DNA from: Macrostomum hystrix
Lineage: Eukaryota; Animalia; Platyhelminthes
Direction: 5' to 3'
Assembly (NCBI GenBank): GCA_950097015.1
Contig: CATNEN010000039.1
Coordinates: 9,734,001 to 9,798,000, forward strand
DNA length: 64,000 bases
Below are positions 13,908-24,700 of the stretch, one piece after another. Numbering within the stretch: the first letter of the stretch is position 1; each line of letters opens with the position of its first letter. Both the position numbers and the translations under genes were made by a program. The notes beneath the pieces were generated by a model, which searched no databases, was not told where the DNA came from, and saw only the letters and a program-made list of their open reading frames with translations.

Positions 13908-14743
13908 ATGTTCAAAGTGCCAAGTATTGCAATAGTTTTGATTATTTTATATGGAATGTGCATCACAACAGTAAGTACAGAGAACTTCTAGCAGTCTAAT
14001 AATTAAAGAAAAACAATACAAGTTTAGTTAGCACCTATTTTATTAAACTGCCATCTTTTAGATGTCAGTATTTGCTCCAGATATGGTTTTTCCATCAATG
14101 CTCAAGCCTATAGTTGAAGGTCTAACAGTCAAGACACGGTACATCATGTAAGTCAATTTTTATGCCTTGCTGTTGCAGTAATTTTTCTAGTTTTTAATCT
14201 AGAAAATGCTGATTCATTTCTAGATGCATTCTTGCTTGGCTTGCACATTTCCTAGAAGGAGTCCTTGTTTTCTATTTGTCTAGGTAAGAAAACTTTTACT
14301 TGACTGTTTTGTTGATTTTTTATCATAAATTTACAATAATGATTACACTGACTTCCAGAATCCAAAATTCCAGGTAATATGACTTGACTATTATAGATAT
14401 ATGCAGTTTAAAGATTTTTTGTTTTATCTATGGGCTAAATGAAGCAGAGTGACAGGCTTGGTTTAAAGCCGGCTATGAGAGCTTAAGAAAATAAAAGGAG
14501 AGATATATCAGGATTACAAATCTTGAAGCAGCATAAATGTACACTATAATCTGTCAACGTTAATTGATGACTATTTGAGCATATTATCTTTATAACCCAA
14601 ATTTTTACAGGAAAGTGAGCGACACTTGGCCTGAATCAATACTTTGGTTTCTGCAGACCTGCCTGGTTGGCTATCCATCCACATCAATCAAGCTAAAGCA
14701 TTATCGCGACTTGAGGAAGGCTTCTCAGCAGAGGAAAAAATAG
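13908..14743 (+). CDS. TMEM254: TMEM254-like (DUF4499) small membrane protein, ~113 aa, 4 exons; absent from the ORF track
   Basis: Exons 13908-13970, 14062-14147, 14224-14283, 14611-14743, all GT-AG with consistent phases (342 nt). Translation: MFKVPSIAIVLIILYGMCITT/MSVFAPDMVFPSMLKPIVEGLTVKTRYII/CILAWLAHFLEGVLVFYLSR/KVSDTWPESILWFLQTCLVGYPSTSIKLKHYRDLRKASQQRKK*. AWLxHxxE and LWFLQTxxxGxxS match TMEM254 motifs as I recall them. Confidence 0.85.
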
Positions 14744-15317
14744 ATTTAATCCTGAGAGTGAGGCTTCTCAACTTTACTTTAGCCCTGACATCTACTAGAT
14801 TTTTTGCAAAGATAATTCCATGGATTAATGTGACCATGAATGTCCGCTTTTTCTTCCTTTACATTTTATTTGCGATTTGCTTGAAGTGAAAACAATAATT
14901 AATGTGTAATTTAACGATAGCAGTGATTTTAATTCTTAGATTTTTAAATAGAACTTTTGTAAAAGACATGCATATGTTATTTAAAAATTTTAAAATATGC
15001 TACTCGTATTTAGCTAAAATAAATTAGCTAAAAGCAAATTATGAACCGAGTTTCTTTGTTTCATCGAATTTCGTTCTTTTGTAAGCTGCACAACTTTGAT
15101 ATCGATGTTACGACAGAACCATTTAGGTGTTTTGAAATCTCTTTCACAGATATCAGCTAAAATAAAAACACTGAAATATTTATCTGATTGATCCTGGTTG
15201 CTCAGTGTATGTATTTGCTTGTATGTATTTGCAGTCAAATTTATCTGTGATCGGTCAATGCATATTACACACTTGTTCACACTGAGTGGAGCCTGTGTTG
15301 GCCAGTGTAGTCAAAGG

Positions 15318-15536
15318 TTATAATAAAAATGTGGCGTCATAGTCAGCCATCATCGGATCTCGCCGAGTATTTATCGAATACTTCATAGCATGCACTATGC
15401 GAGTCAACTCTCGATGCAGATTTTCGGTCCTAGAGAATCGCGATCGCTTCTTCCTCATTTCAATCATCGCTAAAGCTTCGCTATTTTTGGCGCTTGCGAG
15501 GCTGCTGCTACTGGTGTTCCTGTTAAAATATTCCAT
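15318..15536 (-). CDS. Putative 72-aa single-exon small protein, possibly IER/SERTA-like
   Basis: ATG in A-rich context (AAAAAATGG). TATAAATA lies ~220 nt upstream on the same strand. Helical, basic sequence EALAMIEMRKKRSRFSRTENLHRELTRIVHAMK. Homology not confirmed. Confidence 0.35.
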   Translation of the reverse strand: MEYFNRNTSSSSLASAKNSEALAMIEMRKKRSRFSRTENLHRELTRIVHAMKYSINTRRDPMMADYDATFLL

Positions 15537-15753
15537 TTTTTAAATACTGATATTGTGAACTTCAACGACTACAACTCGAGATTCAGTCGGCAAAGTCAGC
15601 GTGATATGCGGCAGAAACAGCAGCATAATCTTTGGCACCGCAGTGGTCGACCTCATATTTCGATTAGTTAGTTATGTCCTTCGATTGACTTGCTGAGTTA
15701 AACCTGAGCTAAGAGTGATTTGCGTGGGTGTCGAAAAAACAGCCATCTCGGCG

Positions 15754-15761
15754 TATTTATA
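15754..15761 (-). promoter_or_regulatory. Candidate TATA box for the 15536-15318 ORF
   Basis: Plus-strand GCGTATTTATAGCG reads CGC-TATAAATA-CGC on minus: a canonical TATA box with GC flanks. Confidence 0.35.
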
Positions 15762-17334
15762 GCGTTAGTGTATGTATGCTTCAGGTATAAAACATCTGAA
15801 TTGATTGGCGCCCCATAGATGCATTCTGTAGCTAGAGATTATGGACGTTCTGTTTTTAGACACCAACTGCTTGTAGGTGCAGATCTCTCTTATAGCATTT
15901 TGCGGACTGCAAGCTTCATTTAGTGGCATTCCTTTTTCAGAGTATCCAGATCCAGATCCGATCCAGAGTATCTTTCGTGAGCTTTTTAAACCGCGGGATT
16001 GGTGTAGCAGAATGGGTTAAACTCCTTTTCCTGGTCGTTATCCAGCTGGCAGTGGGAAAAACTCTAGATCTCCGATCGTGTGGTTTTCTGACTGATTCCT
16101 GTCTAATTCTCTGATAATTGGGATTTATTTTTATTTTGCTGATGCTGAGCACCACGAATCGGCGCTTAAGTGCCTGAGATTGATAAGTGCCTTGGCAACA
16201 CTCCTATACTAGCAGTGTGAAACCCAAGAGTTTGTAATACATCAAACTTGATATGGTAAAGGGGCGCATTATAAATTTATTAAATTCTCATACACGAAGT
16301 GCCACTTTAGCTTCAGCTTCGCGGGTTTTAAAAGCATTGACATTGGGCCTTCCAAAAACTACTCAATGTCAGCCTTTAATGAGGAACTTAAAACGAGATC
16401 TTCAAGTCCTTAGGCCCAACGAATCCCCAAGATGGAAGGGGGTTGAGTGGCTGAGCGGCGGCGCGCGTTCTGCCCTCGCACCAAGCTGCCTGAGCTCGAA
16501 TCTGTGGCAAAGCAGCTCACATTTAATTTTGGAAACGCGCAGTTGTGGAGACAGCAGGACACAGGAGTGGTTTTCGTGCAGCTTACGCCAACGAAGGCCA
16601 ACCTTTAGGGCACAACGCATGATGAGTGTCTACAATTGCCCTTTGTGTTTGTGTGTGCTATGGAATGGGAGCTATATCGCCTCCTCGCTGGCTGGTTAAC
16701 TGTCGCCAAATAATTAAATGTCCGCAGCCTCCCTGCTGCAATTCTTATTACTTTTTATCATCACAAGGGGTACAGCATGGATGTATAGAATTTGCACGAT
16801 GCTGAAAATTTTTTCCATTTCTTTTATCCAGGACCGGATTTCCTAGCCGATAGCTATATGAAGCTGATGATATTCTGTGTTTCATGATTTGCACACCTGC
16901 TTTTACATCCCTATGCATGACAGAGCACTACTACACCATTATGTTTTATTAAGATAATTAGAATGTCTTAGGAGTGTTTTGCATTCTCTGTGTTTTAACA
17001 GCACAGCAGTCAAGCGAAAATTCCGTCCATTTTGGAATACATAGTCTTAAAACATCCCTTTATGTGTGATCGATGTACAAACGTTACTCACCGCAGAGCA
17101 ATTTGAAACTAGCAACATGCAGTTAGCGGTACACCATTAACTGTTCAGTAAAAGATCGAAGATTCTTTTTTGCACAGATTGAAAACTTCTCTCCAATCTG
17201 TACTCCTAATTAATTATCACTATTCCTATGCCTGTAACCCTCATCGAGGTTTTTATGTGAGGACACTGTCTTGCTGCACATTTCCTCCTTATCGAACAAA
17301 CAAAAGGCCGTCTACCACCCCGACCCTCATTCAC

Positions 17335-18048
17335 AATATACCAATATTGATATGCTGCAGAGGGCTGAAACGAGGTAAAACGTCGAGGCGTGTAGCGCCA
17401 AGGCGTTTCACCCATGGAGGAAAGAATAGAATGGAGTGTCAATCTTTTCTATTCTTTCCTCCATGGTTTCACCTCGTTTCAGCCCGAGCAGCCTAAGAAA
17501 CAAAGGGCAGCCCGCCCTCTGCTGTTGTCTATGGTCGAATTCCATATATATGCACAACGCCTCGATGTTTTAGCTCGTTTCAGCCCTCTGCAGCCTATCA
17601 ATATTGTAGTTAGCCTATGCGTATTGAAACGAGGTTGAAACTGACGGCAGCCCGCCCTCTGCTGTTGTCTATGGTCGAATTCCATAGATATGCACAGCGG
17701 GCGGGCCGTGAAACGCGTTTCACGCCCGCTAACTACAATTAAACACCAATATGGATAGGCTGCAGAGGGCTGAAACGAGGTGAAACGCCTTGGCGCTACG
17801 CGCCTGGACGTTTTACCTCGTTTCAGCCCTCTGCAGCCTATCAATATTGGTATATTTCAACCTCATTTCAAAACGCGGTTGTGTTGAAACAACAGGCTAA
17901 CTACAATGGTATCTTGTAGTTAGTGGGCGTGAAACGCGTTTAACGGCCCGCCCGCTGTGCATATCTATGGAATTCGACCATGACAACAGCAGAGGGCGGG
18001 CTGCCGTTAGTTTCAACCTCGTTTCAACACGCGTAGGCTAACTACAAC
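17335..18048. mobile_element. Cluster of nested, interleaved inverted-repeat (MITE/foldback-like) modules
   Basis: Module A (self-palindromic AATATTGATAGGCTGCAGAGGGCTGAAACGAGG...CCTCGTTTCAGCCCTCTGCAGCCTATCAATATT) at ~17335-17494 and inverted at ~17745-17856. Module B (TGTAGTTAG...CTAACTACA ends, ~133 bp) at ~17605-17738 and inverted at ~17915-18047. Confidence 0.85.
17413..17465. mobile_element. 53-bp mini DNA transposon, perfect 19-bp TIRs, 8-bp TSD (P/hAT-like signature)
   Basis: CATGGAGGAAAGAATAGAA...TTCTATTCTTTCCTCCATG, flanked by GTTTCACC at 17405-17412 and 17466-17473. The empty site is visible in the second module-A copy. Confidence 0.85.
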
Positions 18049-18773
18049 ATAAACTGTTCCTGTTCAATAGTATTCGCTCGTATATTAAAGTACAACACGC
18101 GCTAGCTTGCTCATTCGCTCGATTTTAGCCTTAGACAACACTCGATTAATGTTAGCCATTGACGACACTGTACCCTCAAATATCGAAATATACTGCCTAG
18201 CCCGGGTCTTCGGATTAAGAGTTACAGTGTTACAGTGTACCACTGCTTAGCACAAAAATTGTTTCTTAAATAAGACTTCTCTCTTGTGCATGGCACTAGC
18301 TACAGCTTGTAGAAAAAATCGTGAGTTTAAAGCTCTCCTTCCAGACCAGATGTTAACTGGAGACTTCCTTGAGTTTAGCAAAAAGCAGAAACTGTGAAAA
18401 TGAAACTGTCGGTGTGTAGATGCTAACTAGGATTCTAACTAGAGACGTCAATGATGTGCACTTGAATATTAAAACGAAAACTGCAATAATAACAGCGTTG
18501 ATAAAGTAAGGAAGAATGTATACGCAAGTGAATGTACATCACTTGCTCGAAACTCTCGCGTGAAGGGCCTAGATTTCCAAGAAATTTATATTTGTTACCA
18601 GAACGAAAAGTTATAAATAGGACAAATAGGCTTGGTGCCAGTTCTTGCGGATAAGCAGAGATAGCTCTCTAAAGCAAACTGCAAATATTTGCTGCAGTTT
18701 TATAATTCGATTCAAGTCTAAGACTGCAAAACTGTACCTACAGTGACTACTAACTATTGTTTTATTGGCCGAA

Positions 18774-21700
18774 ATGGCCTCAGAATCTGAGGATGACGAC
18801 GATGGCTTGGAATTCTGCGGCCAGTCTGAGTCCCTGACTCGCCGACTAAACAACATCCTCAAGGATTACTCAGATGGCCTCTCCATACCGAAAGAGATCA
18901 TTCAGAATGCTGACGATGCAGGCGCTACAGCGGTGACACTGATCTACGATAGCCGAATGAACGAACTGTGGCGAGAGACAGTCATTGACAAGCGAATGGC
19001 CGAGTGTCAGGTAAGTTAATTTTAATATATGATTTGCTTCAAGCGAACTGCATCTCATCCAATGCAAAAAGCTGCATATTCTAAAAATATTTGAAATGTT
19101 TTACATATGGAAAAATGAGCAGAGCAAAATGTGACATTTAGAACTATAAGGCTGCCATCCAATACTGGGGGGGGAATGAGACAAGGGAGAGATGAGCCGT
19201 CCTTCAAGCTGCTAGCTGTAGGATTTAATTGTTTAATGCTTTGATTTTTCTTGCCTATACTAAACCTTATCCCAGCCGGAGCCGCCTCAGAATCAATCAA
19301 TCAGTTGGTCAATGCTTTTGACGAGCCTTTGAACTTTTTGTGCCGCTTTCCAGTGTTGAGTTTTCCGTGCTAGTTGCAAATTACGTCGAGCATGCCAAGC
19401 GCGAACCACTAACCAACAGTGCATTTGAAAAAAATTGTGTTATAAAAAATCAATAAGTAAGTAAATTTGTGCAAGCGACCAGCAAACAAACCAAAATTGA
19501 ATGTGCTTATGAGATAAATAACTTCGTCCGGCCATTGCAGTGAATAATGTCACAAGCGCCGCCGATACCACTGATCTTGTCACCACAGCAAGCAACAGAT
19601 AAGTAGTAGTGTAGTAGTAGTAGTTGTAGTAGTAGTAGCAGTAGTAGCAGTAGTAGTAGTACAAGTAGTAGTAGCAGTAGTAGCAGTAGTAGTAGTACAA
19701 GTAGTAGTAGTAGTGTAGTAGTAGTAGTGTAGTAGTAGTAGTAGTAGTAGCAGTAGTAGTAGTGTAAGTAGTACAAGTAGTAGTTGTTGTAGTTTTAGTG
19801 TAGTTTTAGTAGTGTAATAGTAGTAGCAGTATTGTAGTAGCAGTAGTAGTGTAATAGTAGTAGCAGTAGTAGCAGTGGAAGTAGTACATGTAGTAGTACT
19901 TGTAGTAGTAGTAGTAGTGAAGTAGTATTGGTATTATTTGTAGTAGTAGTAATAGTACTTTAGTAGTAGTAGTAGGTTGTAGGGTTGGTTAGGGCGTCGG
20001 ACTCACAACTTGAAGGTCGGGGGTTCGATTCCCGACTCCACTGAATTAATTTGTGTCCTTTAGCAAGACACTTAACTCTGCATTGCTTCAGTTCACCCAG
20101 CTGTTAAATGGGTACCAGCATTAGCTGGGATAATTGAAGGTGGGTGTGGCGTCCCCCCAGTCCATGGACTGAACAGCTGTACGCAGCCTTCAGATGCGCC
20201 GCACATTAACTGCGGCTGCGCTGTCGGCTGCACATCTGACCCTATTGGGACAGGTGTAATCAATTATTATAAATATTATTATTAATTAAATTATAAATTA
20301 ATTATATAAGTACTGTTGTAGTAGTAGTAAAGTTGTAGTTATAGTAGTACTCGTTGTAGTTGCCAGTTGGAACGTAAAACATAATTGTTTTAGGGGTTAT
20401 AACAGCAGATTCAAAATGTTGAAAATAAACAAAAAAGCAAGATAAAAATTAAAGTGTGATTGACACAGGAAAGCAACAAAAGTAAAATACCACAGCTGAG
20501 GGAAAAGCTGAGAAAAAGAAACTGAGAAAGAGGGGGAAGAAAAATGGGAGGACGCAAGGACGGAGAAGAAAGATCTAAAATTAGGATGCAAATTCAAACT
20601 GTATACAATTCGCCTACTCATAGTAGAGATACAAGAGTTTGAACCAAATCTCTTACAAAGCGCGCATACAAAAGCTTAGACCATTCGTGAGACAGTAAAA
20701 ATACGTTATCTAGCTCGAATGTACGACCAGTTGTGCATGGGAACCTGTGTGAGTGCCTAGTTGGTTGTCCCCACAATCCCGACGCGCAACAAAATATACA
20801 ACAGGTGCTGCAAAAGTTTCCAGACTGGTGTTCCTGACACAGCACTTTATCGGAGCTGAGTGACAATTGACCCATTGACCAATTGGGCGCTTGTGAACTT
20901 ACGTGTTGAAATTATTTTTATCATTATTAATTAACGCGCACGCCAGCTATGGGTGCTGATTATTTTTTATTTTATATATTTTTTACATTTTTAGTGCTCA
21001 AATTTGACATGGCTGAGACAACCTCAGCGTGCTCGACAGCCAAATTGAGGTGGCATTTTTTGTTAGCACGCACGATTTCTCGAGAATATGAATCGGCCAA
21101 AAGAACACTCAGAATTCGTACACTACTCGTACAATATTCGATTAAACCACTCAGATAATGTTGCAAACCCCTATTCCACAGGGGCCGTGTCTCTGGGCTC
21201 ACAACAATGCCCAGTTCACTGACGCCGACTTTAAGAATCTGCTCAGCCTGGGCGGCGCTACCAAGGAGAGGCAAGCGGCCAAGGTAGGCAAGTTCGGCCT
21301 CGGCTTCAACGCTGTCTACAATCTGACGGACGCACCAGCTGTTCTAAGCGGCAGCTGGCTGCAGCTACTCGATCCACACGGCGAAAAGCGCGGCTGCGGC
21401 TTCCTCGAACAGGTGAGTCGATTAGATTTGAGTCGGGGTTTATTAGTCCAGGATATACTAGAGCTGTATGCATCAATGTGAGCTATACTAGTTCCTGAAG
21501 TAGATCAATGTGAGCTATGCCAGTTCCTGAAGTAGATCAATGTGAGCTGTACCAGTTCCTGAAGTAGATCAATGTGAGCTGTACCAGTTCCTGAAGTAGA
21601 TCAATGTGAGCTGTACCAGTTCCTGAAGTAGATCAATGTGAGCTATACCAGTTCCTGAAGTAGATCAATGTGACCTATACCAGTTCCTGAAGTAGATCAA

Positions 21701-24700
21701 TGTGAGCTGTACCAGTTCCTGAAGTAGATCAATGTGAGCTATACCAGTTCCTGAAGTAGATCAATGTGAGCTGTACCAGTTCCTGAAGTAGATCAAAACT
21801 TCAGTACCTGAACTTCGTTAGTTTAGCAGTCACTTATGTAGAGCTGTGGGTATGAAGGAGATCACTCTTTGGTGTTTACTACTTTTTTCTCTTGCACAGC
21901 TGGAACTTTTTGCCCTGATCGACTATTGAGACATCGCCATGCCTCTTTCATTCTTTGAAAAAGCTGATTTCTATATTCACGCCCCCTCCCGCCCCAGATG
22001 TATCGTCAGAGAGGCGAGAGGAACACCGGCCTCAGGCTGAACTTCGCCAAGCAGGAGGGCTGCCGCATCCTGAGAGACTATCCGCACCAGTTCGCGCCCT
22101 TCAATGGTGTCATGGGCTGCGGTCAAGACCTTAGCGCCGGGCCCTATCCTGGAACACTTATCCGTTTACCCTTGAGAACACCAGAGCAAGCGATGCAGTC
22201 CAAAATCTGCAAGCGCGCCTATGGAGAGGCCGACGTGCAAGACCTGCTGGTCAAGACTGCTCAGCAGGCGCGACTTCTCCTGCTGTTCACACAGTCCGTG
22301 TCCAGCTTTCGTCTACTGCATCTGCGCGAAGGCGCGCAGGGTTTAGAAACCGACACACTGCTGGAGGTAGAGCGCAGGGTGACGGAGTGCATCCGGCCAC
22401 TGCCCGGAACCGAATCCAGTGACTTGCCTGCTCAGACTCGAGTGCTGGTTGCAGCCGTCGGCTATTTGAAAGACGAAAAACACGTCCTCAGTGGTGGAGG
22501 CGACGGGAGTTTTACTGGAGAGTATCGAATTCGCATTGACTTAAAGGTGAATCAAGAGGCCGCCCAGCGAGTGGGCATTGATGCCCGAACCGCTAGAACA
22601 GGCTCTGAACAGTGGATGCTCAGTGTCGCACTCGGCTCCGACGAGTCGCTAGAGATGTCGCGTCAAGGCCACGGTGTGAGCGCACCAGTTGCCAGCGTTG
22701 CGATCCGGATCTCAGTTGAATGCAACTCGCCAGTTGTGTCTGCCGACCGCGGTGTTGCCTTTTGTTTTCTGCCGCTACCCATTGAATCTCCCCTGCTCTT
22801 CCACATTAACGCCGCCTTTGCTGTGACGTCGAGCAGGCGCCACTTGGAGGAGGCAACGATGGATGAAGCTGACGGTCGCTGGCACCCAGGCCGCTGGAAC
22901 GCTGCTCTCTTGCGCGAGGCCGCCTGTGCTGCGCTTGTTAATGCGCTGCAGCGACTGGCCGCCAACAATACTCCCAAAGCGCCCCTAATCTGGCCGCTGC
23001 CAGATACGGTGGGCCGCAACTGGCGTTACCTGGTCGACAGCTTCTACAATACTGTCTTTTCCGAAGCTGCTGCAGCTCCGTGCATCTTCCCTACGACCGC
23101 AGGCTGGCAGCCTATGGCTCGTGTTATTTTCCTTGACGAGTCCAGACTTGGACCAGCCGCTATAGGTGTCACAGCGGCCTCAGCGGTACGTCGCCTCGCA
23201 CGTTCACTGGCACCACCAGGCTGTGGCCTAGTCGAGGGCCTTGCGCCGGGTGTTCAAGAGGCGGCCCAGTGTTTAGGACTAGTTAGAAAAGAACGGCTAT
23301 GGTCTGGTGAGCTTTTTGTTTCCGAATTTCTGAGCCGGCTCGATCAATTGTGGAATTCATCTGAGGAAGAACACTTTTGCTGCGAACAATTCCTAGTCTA
23401 TCTGCTCCAAAGTCTTAATAGGCGTAATGTGACGCCACAGGACCCAACTGAGTGGCTCATGTCAAGTAACATTCGCAGCAAACTCCAATCCAGCAGATTT
23501 CTGCCTGACATGTCCGGTAACCTTCGCCTAGCAAGTGAATTACTGAATCCTGACTGTGCCGCAGCTGCTTTGTACTCTGACACTGATGGCGTCTTTCCAC
23601 GGAAAGACTTTCACGAGCATAATATGCTTGGAGTGCTGACTTCGTTGGGGCTTCGGTCTCAAGTCGACTTTGATGATGTTTTGGAACGTGCGAAGTCAAT
23701 TTGTTCACTGAGTTTACCCGAGGATCGGCTGCAAAGGACACGATCGCTGATGAAATATTTGTCCCTGAACCAAAAAGAGTTTGCTAACCGTCTCGAGGAA
23801 CTGAGTACTGTTGAATTCCTGCCAGCAATGCGAAAGCCGCGAGACTGCACTCTGCATTGGCGCTCTGACGACTATGAACAGAATCAGCTGTTTGCGCCGA
23901 GAAGACTATTCTCTTATGACCGAAAGAATTTAGTGGTTCTTTGCGAGCTTGCGCTCGACGAGTCTGTCCTGAAAGAATATTCATTTTCCTACCGAATCAA
24001 CCTGATACACAGCATCGGTGTTCAGGACAATGTGCCCTGGCAAGTCGCTTGGGAGCAGCTATGGTTAGCAACACAAAATTCTCAAATCGATTGCCGTATT
24101 ATTTGCTTGGATGTCTATCAATACTTGTCTCAGCTCATAAAGAACGATTCTGCTCTCGCCAATGAGCTTAAAAGCAAGCTGGAAGCCAGTGATTCGCAAG
24201 CGATTCTGTACACAGATTCCGGCTTTTTGCAACCCCATCAGGTGTCTTTGAGCAAAATTGATCAGGAGTGCCTGCCGTATCTGCAACGTCTGCCATCTGA
24301 TCTTCGAGACCGTTGGAATCCTGATAAATACATTCCTTTTCTTGATGCAGTAGGTGTCCAGAAAAAATTTGATAGCACCACATACTGCAAAGTGCTCCAA
24401 GAGATGCATCGAAATTACAACGGCAAGCCTCTTTCAGACAGCGATAGAAAGTGCAGCGTAGACCTTTTGACGCGATTGAGTGATCTCAAAGAGGAGATGC
24501 CGGATCCATCTGAGTTCTTTGCACCTGATCAAAATGGTGTCCTAATTCGTTGCTCAGAACTCTGCTTTGGAAGTGTGGCTTGGCTCAGCAAGGAAAATTT
24601 GCACTTCACGCATAAAGACTTGGCTTATGGCGTCTGCGAGAAACTGAAAATTCCAGATCAGAGAAAGCAGACACTGAGGAAGCATCACCTGCCGTTGCCT

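Noticed and set aside
15923-16699. ORFs of 63-148 aa between TMEM254 and sacsin
   Set aside because: No recognisable domain or splice structure; probably decayed repeat-derived sequence.
19440-19776. Poly-Tyr and poly-Leu ORFs
   Set aside because: Translations of the (TAG)n microsatellite.
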